From an uncultured Candidatus Binatia bacterium (GTDB lineage: Bacteria > Desulfobacterota > Binatia > UBA9968 > JAJDTQ01), in assembly GCA_964291295.2 (NCBI GenBank), contig OZ219754.1, positions 2,816,001 through 2,880,000 on the forward strand: a stretch of 64,000 nt of DNA. Reading direction: 5' to 3'. The notes below the pieces were generated by a model. That model ran no database searches. It was not told where the DNA came from and saw only the letters and a program-made list of their open reading frames with translations. Position numbers and translations under genes: made by a program. Below, piece after piece: positions 50,103 to 59,182 of the stretch (positions within the stretch are counted from its first letter, which is position 1; every line of letters begins with the position of its first letter).

Positions 50103-52366
50103 GTCTCCACCGGCGCCGCGCATTCCGTTCGCGGGACTCCGTCCGCACAGCGCGGCACGCGCGGGTCGGCCTCGAACGCGGAAGCCCGGGGAGGGGCCAC
50201 GAAATCGGTCACGGGCAGTCTGCGGGTGGCCTTCTTCATGAAGTCCGTCCATATCGGCAAGGCCGCCTGGGAGCCCGCCAGACCCAATTTCGACTGACGA
50301 TCGAAACCGACCCAGACCAGCGCCAACAGGTCGGGCGTATAGCCCGCGAACCAGGCGTCCCTGGCATCGTTGGTGGTGCCGGTCTTGCCCGCCGCGGGGC
50401 GGGTGAAACCCTGCAGGCGCGCACTCCGGGCGGTGCCCCGGTCCACCACGCCCCGCAGCATGTTGTTCAGGTCGTGGGCAACCTCGGGCGACACCACTCG
50501 TTTCACCCGGATGTTGCGCTTTGCCAGCACGTTCCCGTTGCGGCCCACCACGTTCTTGATGGACAGCAGATGGGTGCAGACGCCGTTGTTGGCCAAGGCC
50601 GAAAAGGCGCCCGCCATCTCAAGGGGCGTCACCTCCACCGCACCCAGGGCAAGGGACGGCAGCAGCGGCAGGCGGCTCCGGATCCCCATACTGTACGCCA
50701 TCTCGCGTACCCTGTGGATGCCCACATCCCGGGCGATGCGGGCCGTGGCGGCGTTCAGGGACTTCTCCATGGCCTCGCGCAGGGTCACCCGGCCGTAGTA
50801 CCGCCGCTTGTAGTTTTCCGGAGCCCAGTTTTGCCGGCCAAAGCTCCAGGTGAACGGCGCGTCCTCCACGAACGTGCCGCTGTGATAGGGTGTACGATCC
50901 TGCGCCGACCCATGGGTCAGTGCCGCCAGGTAGACGAAGGGCTTGAACACCGAGCCGGGTTGACGCTTGGCCTGGGCCACCCGGTTGAACTGCGACTTGC
51001 CGTAGTTCCGCCCGCCAACCATGGCCTTGATCTCTCCGGTGGGCGGCCGAATCACCACGAGAGCGCCTTCGAGGTCGTCCGTCCTGGCGATCCTGCGCAG
51101 GCGGTCATGGCTCTTTTCGAGCTTCGTGAGGCCCCCGGACACGGCCGTCACCGCCGCCTGCTGGAGCTCCAGATCCAGACTCGTGAAGATCCGCAGCCCC
51201 TCCGTCATCAGGACGTCGTTGCTGTATTTGTAGCGGGTGGCCAGTTCCTTCTTCACGTAATCGGTGAACCAGGGCGCGCTGTTGGTGACCCGTACCGGCT
51301 CCCGCTCTTCGAAGACCTCCTGCAATGCCCGCTCATAGGCCCGGCGCGTGATGATGCCGTCCCCGGCCAGCTTGCCCAGCACGACGTTGCGCCGCCGGGT
51401 CGCCTCCCGCACGTCCCGGTACGGCGAATACCGATTGGGCGCCCTGATGAGACCGGCCAGCATGGCCGTCTCGCCGACGGTCAGCTGCTCGGGCTCCTTC
51501 GCGAAGTAAAAGCGCGCGGCCTCCCAGATGCCGAAGATCCCCTGCGAGCCGTTCTGCCCGAGATAGATCTCGTTGAGATAGTTCTCCAGGATCCGATCCT
51601 TGCCGTACAACCACTCCGTCACCAGCGCCATGAGCGCTTCCTTGACCTTGCGCTTGAGTGTCCGGTCGCTCTCGAGGAAGAAGTTCTTGACCAACTGCTG
51701 GGTCAAGGTACTGCCGCCCTGCACGACGCCGCCCCGCCGCAGGTTGGCCACGAACGCCCGCAGCACCGCTACCGGATCGACGCCGCGGTGATAGTAGAAG
51801 CGTTCGTCCTCCACCGCCAGCACCACCTTCCTCAATCTGACCGGCACCTCATCCAGGCGCACCACCCGCCGTTGTTCACGGACGCGGTCATAGAACCCGG
51901 TCACCACCTCCGGTTCCAGCTCGAGTGACGGCAGGACTTCCCCGCTGTCCAGGCGCTGAATGCGGTGGATGGTCCCGGATTTCAGGGAGATGCGTATGGG
52001 AAAGCCCTGGAAGTCCCGCAGCGGGTACTGGAAATCATGAAGAAAGACCTCGATGACCGCGGCTCGGCCGTGAACCCTGTATTCCCCCTTGAACTTCGGC
52101 TCGTTCCTTGAAGGGCGATAGCCCAGACGCCGCAGCTTCTCGCGAAGCTGACCCACCTGGACGCCCATCCCGGGATAGAGGATCTTGCTGTCCGCGTAGA
52201 TCGTCGAGGGGAAGTCCCACTTGCGCCCCTCGAACTTTGCCACCACCACCCCCCTCAGATGCCAGACATACCACCCGCCCAGACCCAGTCCCGCCACCAC
52301 CAACAGCAGGAACAACACCGCCGTGATCTTGACGAGCCGCCGGAAGATCCTCTTGAAGGCCTTCAT
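50093..52366 (-). CDS. mrcB: Class A penicillin-binding protein PBP1B-type
   Basis: TM anchor, UB2H-like insert, EDERF..H.G, GGSTLTQQLVKN, SVFK, SLN, KTG. Confidence 0.9.
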   Translation of the reverse strand: MKAFKRIFRRLVKITAVLFLLLVVAGLGLGGWYVWHLRGVVVAKFEGRKWDFPSTIYADSKILYPGMGVQVGQLREKLRRLGYRPSRNEPKFKGEYRVHGRAAVIEVFLHDFQYPLRDFQGFPIRISLKSGTIHRIQRLDSGEVLPSLELEPEVVTGFYDRVREQRRVVRLDEVPVRLRKVVLAVEDERFYYHRGVDPVAVLRAFVANLRRGGVVQGGSTLTQQLVKNFFLESDRTLKRKVKEALMALVTEWLYGKDRILENYLNEIYLGQNGSQGIFGIWEAARFYFAKEPEQLTVGETAMLAGLIRAPNRYSPYRDVREATRRRNVVLGKLAGDGIITRRAYERALQEVFEEREPVRVTNSAPWFTDYVKKELATRYKYSNDVLMTEGLRIFTSLDLELQQAAVTAVSGGLTKLEKSHDRLRRIARTDDLEGALVVIRPPTGEIKAMVGGRNYGKSQFNRVAQAKRQPGSVFKPFVYLAALTHGSAQDRTPYHSGTFVEDAPFTWSFGRQNWAPENYKRRYYGRVTLREAMEKSLNAATARIARDVGIHRVREMAYSMGIRSRLPLLPSLALGAVEVTPLEMAGAFSALANNGVCTHLLSIKNVVGRNGNVLAKRNIRVKRVVSPEVAHDLNNMLRGVVDRGTARSARLQGFTRPAAGKTGTTNDARDAWFAGYTPDLLALVWVGFDRQSKLGLAGSQAALPIWTDFMKKATRRLPVTDFVAPPRASAFEADPRVPRCADGVPRTECAAPVETCG

Positions 52367-52378
52367 GGTCCGGGCTCT

Positions 52379-53797
52379 TCAACGAGGGAGTCGCAACGCG
52401 AGGAAAATGGTGGTGTCTTCACGCCGTATCAGAAAGAGGATGCCGCTTCCTTTCGCCAGCTTGTCGACAATCTGCCTGAAATCGCCGAGCCCGGCGATCC
52501 GTTGGCGGTCGATTTCGAGAATGACGTCGCCGACCCGGATTCCCGCCCGGTCCGCCGGGCTGCCCGACTCCACCGCCGTGACCACGACGCCGCCCCTGTC
52601 CGGCGTTCCCGGGCCACGCCGCAGGTCGGGCGTCAGTGCCCGTACGGTCAGGCCGAGCCCGCTGCCTTCCTCCAGCGCCGCCGCCTCGTCGTCACTCAGG
52701 CGGCCGATCTCCACCTTGAGCGTGACGCGACGCCCGTTGCGCACCACCGCGATGTCCACGAGGCTTCCCACCGGAGTCCGGGCCACCACCAGCGAAAGCT
52801 CGCTGGATCGGGTGACGGGAGTGTCGTCGAACGTGACGATGACATCGCCCACCTCCACTCCGGCCGACTCCGCGGGGCTTCCCTTGGCCACATTGGCCAC
52901 CAGGGCCCCGCCAGGGTCGGCCATGCCCAGCGCCTCGGCCATTTCCGCGTCGACATCCTGTATGACGACGCCCAGCCAGCCGCGGGTGACCTTGCCCTCG
53001 TCCTTGAGTTCCGAGAGCAGTCCCTTGACCAGGTTGATGGGGATCGCGAAGCCGATGCCGATGTTCCCGCCGCCGCGGCTGAAGATGGCGGTATTGACTC
53101 CCACCACCTCGCCTCGCAGATTGATCAGCGGTCCGCCCGAATTGCCGGGATTGATGGAAGCATCGGTCTGGATGAAATTGTCGTAGGGGCCGGCGCCGAT
53201 TCGACGTCCCTTGGCGCTGACGATGCCTGATGTCACCGTGAGCTCGAGACCGAAGGGATTGCCGATGGCCAGCACCCACTCGCCCACTTCCAGGGCCGCC
53301 GAGTCTCCCAGCACTGCCACCGGCAACTCGCGCTCGACGTCGACCTTGATCAATGCGATATCGGTCCTGGGGTCCCGGCCGACGACCCGGGCCGCGTGCT
53401 CCGACCCGTCCGCCAGCTTGACCGTCAGGTCGTGCCCATCTTCCACCACGTGGTCATTGGTGAGAATGTAGCCCGCGGGATCGACGACAAAACCGGAACC
53501 CACGCTGAGGCGCGGACTCGGCGACGGGCTGCGGGGAAAACGTTCGCCGAAAAAGCGCCGCCAGAAATCGCTGAAGGGATCCTCCTCGCGGAAGCGCCCC
53601 GGACCGGACGACGATTGCGTGGAAGGCGTCGAGGAAATATGCACCACCAGCGGCCGCACCTGCTTCGAGAGGGTGACGAAATCCGGCAGACTCATGCGCG
53701 TGGTGGTGCCGGCCCGGGACACCCCCGCGGCAAGCAGGACCATGCAGGCCAGCACCACCACGCGCATGCGCGCGCGTCCTTGAGTGACCGGGGTCAT
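52379..53797 (-). CDS. DegP/DegQ serine endoprotease with two PDZ domains
   Basis: LTNDHV, DIAL, QTDASINPGNSGGPL, two PDZ domains. Confidence 0.95.
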   Translation of the reverse strand: MTPVTQGRARMRVVVLACMVLLAAGVSRAGTTTRMSLPDFVTLSKQVRPLVVHISSTPSTQSSSGPGRFREEDPFSDFWRRFFGERFPRSPSPSPRLSVGSGFVVDPAGYILTNDHVVEDGHDLTVKLADGSEHAARVVGRDPRTDIALIKVDVERELPVAVLGDSAALEVGEWVLAIGNPFGLELTVTSGIVSAKGRRIGAGPYDNFIQTDASINPGNSGGPLINLRGEVVGVNTAIFSRGGGNIGIGFAIPINLVKGLLSELKDEGKVTRGWLGVVIQDVDAEMAEALGMADPGGALVANVAKGSPAESAGVEVGDVIVTFDDTPVTRSSELSLVVARTPVGSLVDIAVVRNGRRVTLKVEIGRLSDDEAAALEEGSGLGLTVRALTPDLRRGPGTPDRGGVVVTAVESGSPADRAGIRVGDVILEIDRQRIAGLGDFRQIVDKLAKGSGILFLIRREDTTIFLALRLPR

Positions 53798-54234
53798 GGG
53801 GTTCGAACCGCCTCCACGTACTTCATCCTGAGGTTGTACAGCACTTCCCGAACCAGCTGTTCCTCGGTGTCATCCAGATTCCCCTTGCTCTTCTCACCGA
53901 GCATGCCGATGATGTCGATGGTCTGCCTGGCGACGGCCACGTCCTTCTCCACCTTGCCGGTGACAGGATCGTCCATCTCTCCGAGGTGCATGAGGGCCTG
54001 GGTGCTCAGGCTGATGATGAACGTGGAAAAGTTGATGGACGGCAACTCTTCCCGCCGCTCTTTCCCTTCCACGCCCGGACTCGCCTCCGGCTTCGGACGA
54101 GGCTCGGAAACAGGGCCTTTCGGCACCGCCTGCGCCGGCCCGGCCACCGCCTCTTCACGCGCCTCGCCCTCATCGGTGAAGCGCCGCCGGTCTTGTACCT
54201 TGAATCCCCGCTGTTCGTCTGTTTCCCCGCTCAT
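53794..54234 (-). CDS. DUF1844 domain protein
   Basis: FKVQDRRRF, FSTFIISL..QAL.HLG, ID...ML..K.KGNL. Confidence 0.88.
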   Translation of the reverse strand: MSGETDEQRGFKVQDRRRFTDEGEAREEAVAGPAQAVPKGPVSEPRPKPEASPGVEGKERREELPSINFSTFIISLSTQALMHLGEMDDPVTGKVEKDVAVARQTIDIIGMLGEKSKGNLDDTEEQLVREVLYNLRMKYVEAVRTP

Positions 54235-54258
54235 GCGCTCTCCTCCGCGTATTCGACT

Positions 54259-54347
54259 ATTATTGATTCAGCCTCACGGAGTGTCAAGGTGAAGGCGGTG
54301 CCGAGGCCGGGGCGGCCATTGACATCGAGCCCGCCGGACTCTATATC
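54259..54347. promoter_or_regulatory. Divergent sigma70-like promoters (DUF1844 operon / cysK)
   Basis: Minus strand TTGACA-17-AATAAT (54287-54259); plus strand TTGACA-17-TATATC (54319-54347). Confidence 0.6.
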
Positions 54348-54380
54348 GTGGCTGACCGAGACGGTTCCAACCTCCGACCC

Positions 54381-55301
<921 letters not shown>

Positions 55302-55370
55302 GTCCCGCGCGGTCACCCGGTTTTCAAGAACACCGATTTCTGTTAACCCTTGAAGCTCTCGGTCCGAGCC

Positions 55371-55448
55371 GTCCCCGTCGTCTAGCCTGGCCCAGGACAC
55401 CGGCCTTTCACGCCGGCAACACGGGTTCAAATCCCGTCGGGGACGCCA
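55371..55448 (+). tRNA. tRNA-Glu(TTC)
   Basis: Acceptor stem GTCCCCG/CGGGGAC, anticodon arm CCGGC-CT-TTC-AC-GCCGG, GGTTCAAATC, encoded CCA. Confidence 0.97.
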
Positions 55449-55465
55449 GCCCCCACGCCCCCTCC

Positions 55466-56155
55466 CTACACCGCCCCGTGCGCCACCAGCGCTTCGGCAA
55501 AAAGGATGTCTTCGGGGTAGGTGACCTTGATGTTGGCGGTGCTTCCCTCGACCACCCGCACCGGCGTGCCCATGCGTTCCACCAGCATTGCGTCGTCGGT
55601 GGCCTCCACCCCTTCCCGGTGGGCGAGCGCGTGGGCATCCCGGAGCAGGCCCACGGGAAACGCCTGCGGCGTCTGTATCTCCCAGAGCCGGCTCGACGGC
55701 AGCGTCTCCGTCACCTGTCCGTCGGTCACGCTCTTGATCGTGTTGCGCGACGGCACCGCCGCCGTCACCGAGCGGTTCCTGCGGGATTCCCGGGCACAGC
55801 GGTCGATCAGCGCCGGTGCGGCGAAGGGCCTCGCTCCATCATGGACGATCACGAACTCGCAGTCGGGGTCCAGCGCGTCCAGTCCCGCGCGCACGGAGTC
55901 CTGACGGCGGGCCCCTCCCGGCCGAACGCCGACCTCCAGCCCGGACACCGGCGCCCCTTGCAGCAGAGTCTCGTATCGCCGCAACGCCTCGGGCGGCACC
56001 ACCAGCGTTGCCCGACCCACCTCCCGGGAACGGCCGAAACGCTCGAGCGTGTGCAGGATCAGCGAACGTCCGGCCACCGGCAACAGAACCTTCGAGACAT
56101 CACTCCCCATTCGCGTCCCCCGGCCGGCGGCCAGGATGATGGCATTGACTCGCAC
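55466..56155 (-). CDS. ispD: 2-C-methyl-D-erythritol 4-phosphate cytidylyltransferase
   Basis: LAAG.G.RM, RQDSV, VHDGARPF, QTPQ.F, TDD, NIKVT.PED. Confidence 0.95.
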   Translation of the reverse strand: MRVNAIILAAGRGTRMGSDVSKVLLPVAGRSLILHTLERFGRSREVGRATLVVPPEALRRYETLLQGAPVSGLEVGVRPGGARRQDSVRAGLDALDPDCEFVIVHDGARPFAAPALIDRCARESRRNRSVTAAVPSRNTIKSVTDGQVTETLPSSRLWEIQTPQAFPVGLLRDAHALAHREGVEATDDAMLVERMGTPVRVVEGSTANIKVTYPEDILFAEALVAHGAV

Positions 56156-56184
56156 CCGGATGTCCTCCCGCGAAAACCTCCCGC

Positions 56185-56218
56185 AAAAAAAGAGCCGAAG
56201 GATGTCCTTCAGCTCTTT
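56185..56218 (-). terminator. Intrinsic terminator after carD
   Basis: GAGCTGAAGG/CCTTCGGCTC hairpin followed by a run of 7 T on the minus strand. Confidence 0.8.
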
Positions 56219-56239
56219 CGTGCCGATCCGAAGTCCGCG

Positions 56240-56725
56240 CTATTGGGTAAAGATGTGGCTCAACTCCTCCATGATCTTTTCCTCGGTGTGCGCCCGGGCG
56301 ATGGAAAGCTCCTTGACCAGCAGGTTTCGGGCCGTATCCAGCACCTTTCGCTCGCCAAAGGAGAGCTCCTTGTCGCCTTTCAGCAGGAACAGGTCCCGCA
56401 GCACCGCGGCGATCTCGATGACCGAGCCTGTCTTGATCTTTTCGGTATACTCCCGATAGCGGCGGTTCCATGTCTGCTGGTCGATGGGCGCCCTTTTCTT
56501 TTCCCGCAGGATTCGGTAGACGCGCGTGACCGTCGTCTTGTCGATGATCTTCCTCATGCCCACGGTCGAGGCGTTGTCGACGGGTACCATCATCTTCATG
56601 TCCGTATCGAGGATGCGAAGCATGTAGAATCTCTTCTCGGTCCCGGATATCACCTGACTCCGTACCGCTTCGATTTCGCCAACGCCATGTGCGGGATAGA
56701 CAACCTTCTCTCCGACCTTGAACAT
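56240..56725 (-). CDS. carD: CarD/CdnL RNA polymerase-binding factor
   Basis: MFKVGEKVVYPAHGVG, WNRRYR, LSFGER. Confidence 0.95.
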   Translation of the reverse strand: MFKVGEKVVYPAHGVGEIEAVRSQVISGTEKRFYMLRILDTDMKMMVPVDNASTVGMRKIIDKTTVTRVYRILREKKRAPIDQQTWNRRYREYTEKIKTGSVIEIAAVLRDLFLLKGDKELSFGERKVLDTARNLLVKELSIARAHTEEKIMEELSHIFTQ

Positions 56726-56967
56726 TCTTTCCTCCTTGACGGGTCAGAAACGATGCGCGGCAGAGGGACAAATCAGTCGACGGAACCGGAGGAAGGTGAC
56801 TGTGGGGGACGAGTTCAGGACTGGAGGTGGGTTTTTCAATGACTTTCTCTTCAACGATCAGGACACTCCTTATATACAACGCCCGTCAAGAAACTGTCAA
56901 GCTTTATCGTATGCAAAGATATTCAACATATTACGAATGGTTATCTGACAATATCTAACATAGGACC

Positions 56968-57456
56968 TCAGTTTCCTGAGGATTCGTTGCGCGCAGGTTG
57001 CAGCGTCCGTTCCATGAGCCAGGCGTCCTCTCCATTGTCGGAGTAGTACCCTTTCCGCAGGCCGCAGACCTCGAAACCCATTGAACGGTAAAGGGTTTGC
57101 GCCGGGTCGTTGGACCTCCTGACCTCCAGGGTCATTCGCCGCAAGCCCCGTTTCGCGGCGCTCTCGATGAGGTTCCGGAGCATGGCCCGAGCAACCCCCT
57201 GCCGCCGGCACTGCGGATGCACCGCGACGTTGTGGATGTCCAGCTCGCCGGGCAGTTCCCAGTAGACGACGTACCCGATGGGCCTGCCCTCCCGCTGGCA
57301 CAGGATAGATCCGGCATGCGCCGCCTGCAACTCCTCGAGAAAGAACTGCCGGCTCCAGGGACTGGCGAACGCCGCCGTCTCGATGGTCATGACCTCATCG
57401 ATGTCGGCGGCCGTCATGCTCCGGAGGTACAGCCCTCCACTGGCCTCTACGGACAT
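56968..57456 (-). CDS. rimI: Ribosomal protein S18 alanine N-acetyltransferase (GNAT)
   Basis: SPWS, NVAVHP..RRQG, LEVR.SN..A..LY...GF, RKGYY...EDA. Confidence 0.92.
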   Translation of the reverse strand: MSVEASGGLYLRSMTAADIDEVMTIETAAFASPWSRQFFLEELQAAHAGSILCQREGRPIGYVVYWELPGELDIHNVAVHPQCRRQGVARAMLRNLIESAAKRGLRRMTLEVRRSNDPAQTLYRSMGFEVCGLRKGYYSDNGEDAWLMERTLQPARNESSGN

Positions 57457-57512
57457 TCGGGGAAAACCGTACGGGTGCGAACCTGACGTCGGTCTTGCGT
57501 GGTCGCGGAATG

Positions 57513-58853
57513 TCAGGTGATCCAACCCAGCCTTCCGGCGCTCTCCTTCAGCAGAAGAACGTCCAGAACCTTGCTGTTCAGACGGTGAACGAAGCCGTAG
57601 ACCCGGTCCTGCAAGGGAATGACCGTGGTGAACTCGGGCGGAAAGGCGCCGATGCTTGAGGATACCTGACGGATGCGGGTGTCCGGCAACCTGCCCTTGA
57701 CGATCAACCGGCCTTCCTTCAGCAACAGGTCATAGTCATAATCCGGCATGCGCGACGGCAGTTTCGACGCAATGGCGATACCCAGGCGCGGCACCTGGGT
57801 GGGGAACTCCAGCCGAAGATGGTAGGCCTTGCCCAGGTCTTCCATCGTGTAGGCGTGGCCGTAGCGCCGCTCGCGCTCCACCTTCTCGACGAATCGCGAA
57901 TCGTAGAATCCCTCCACGGGCACCGGGATTCGCCGCAGCAACCTGCCGCGCCGCGACAGCAACGGCCGCAGCAGCATGGCCAGCGGAACGCCGTAAAGCG
58001 CCGCGCCCACCGTGACCTGCTCCACCGGAACCGCGCTGAAGACGCTCCGGCGCAGGCGATACAACACCTCGGCCAACGCCACCAGGAAACCTGCCAGGAT
58101 GTACAGGTTGACGCCCTTGCCGAAGGCCAGGCCCAGCCCCTCCAGCGCGACCCCCACGAGGACCAGCACCACCGGATAGAGGATCATGTTGAGGATCATG
58201 TTCAGGGCCGTGGCCAAGCCGTCCACGATGCCGTGACGGCCCGCCAGCTCCGCCAGATCGTTTCGCGAGGAAGCGGGCAGGGCGCCGAGCAGCGGCTGCA
58301 ACAGCCGCAGGGTGATTCGCAACAGGCTGGAATCGCTGGTCTGGATCCGTTCCGCCCATTCGTCGAAACCCATGGGCAACTGGCCCGGGAAAACCTTGGG
58401 CTCCCGCGGTACGGGGGCCTCCTCAGGTTCTTCTTCAGGCTCTTCCGCCGGCGCGGGGCTGGCCGCGGCCACCGGAGCGGGGACCACTGCGGCGGGAGCC
58501 GCGGGCGTGGCGTCCGCCGCGGTGGCTTCCGCAGCCGGTGCCGGCGCGGGTTCCGCGGCTTCGCCGCCGGTACGGAACCTCGACTCGAACGCATCCCCGA
58601 AATCGACATCCTGGTGCAACTCCCGCGCCCGTTCGATCAGCACGGTTTCCGATTCCACGTTGTTCGGGTCCGTCACACAGCAGTCCACCGGACAAACCGC
58701 GGCACAGGCTTCGTAATCGTGGAACCCGACGCATTCGGTGCACAGCACCGGATCGATGACGTACAGGTCATCCTGTTGCGTGATGGCTTCGTTGGGACAC
58801 TCGGGTTCGCAAGCGCCGCAGTTGATGCACTCGCTGGTTATCATCGTCGCCAT
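57513..58853 (-). CDS. YfhL-like 2x[4Fe-4S] ferredoxin fused to an Ala/Pro linker, a membrane region and a C-terminal beta domain
   Basis: CINCGACEPECP and CTECVG....ACAAVCPVDC; the rest has no function I can recognise. Confidence 0.85.
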   Translation of the reverse strand: MATMITSECINCGACEPECPNEAITQQDDLYVIDPVLCTECVGFHDYEACAAVCPVDCCVTDPNNVESETVLIERARELHQDVDFGDAFESRFRTGGEAAEPAPAPAAEATAADATPAAPAAVVPAPVAAASPAPAEEPEEEPEEAPVPREPKVFPGQLPMGFDEWAERIQTSDSSLLRITLRLLQPLLGALPASSRNDLAELAGRHGIVDGLATALNMILNMILYPVVLVLVGVALEGLGLAFGKGVNLYILAGFLVALAEVLYRLRRSVFSAVPVEQVTVGAALYGVPLAMLLRPLLSRRGRLLRRIPVPVEGFYDSRFVEKVERERRYGHAYTMEDLGKAYHLRLEFPTQVPRLGIAIASKLPSRMPDYDYDLLLKEGRLIVKGRLPDTRIRQVSSSIGAFPPEFTTVIPLQDRVYGFVHRLNSKVLDVLLLKESAGRLGWIT

Positions 58854-59056
58854 GGAAGAACGCTCCTGAATCAGCCCCGCTCAAAGTAAGCCCCGCTCAG
58901 GATCCCGCTCAAGATCCTGCTCGGAACGCCGGCGGGCGCGGCCCGGCTCCTGCAAGCCCTGCAAGATAAAAATAGTTGATTTTCCGGGTTTCTTCAACGT
59001 CCCGGAGCTGCTTGAAAAACCACGATCCCGTGTGTTACAAAGCTGTTGTCTTTTCG

Positions 59057-59132
59057 GGCGGCGTACCCAAGTGGTCAAGGGAGAGGTCTGCAAAACCTCC
59101 ATGCGGCGGTTCGAATCCGCCCGCCGCCTCCA
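59057..59132 (+). tRNA. tRNA-Cys(GCA)
   Basis: Acceptor stem GGCGGCG/CGCCGCC, arm GAGGT-CT-GCA-AA-ACCTC, GGTTCGAATC, U73 discriminator plus CCA. Confidence 0.97.
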
Positions 59133-59182
59133 ATCCCCCACCCGACCTGGCGCACGATGGCACTCAACGGCCCGCCGCCCGG

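Noticed and set aside
55371-59132. tRNA-anchored genomic island between tRNA-Glu and tRNA-Cys
   Set aside because: No integrase, no duplicated tRNA 3' end seen, and the content is housekeeping.
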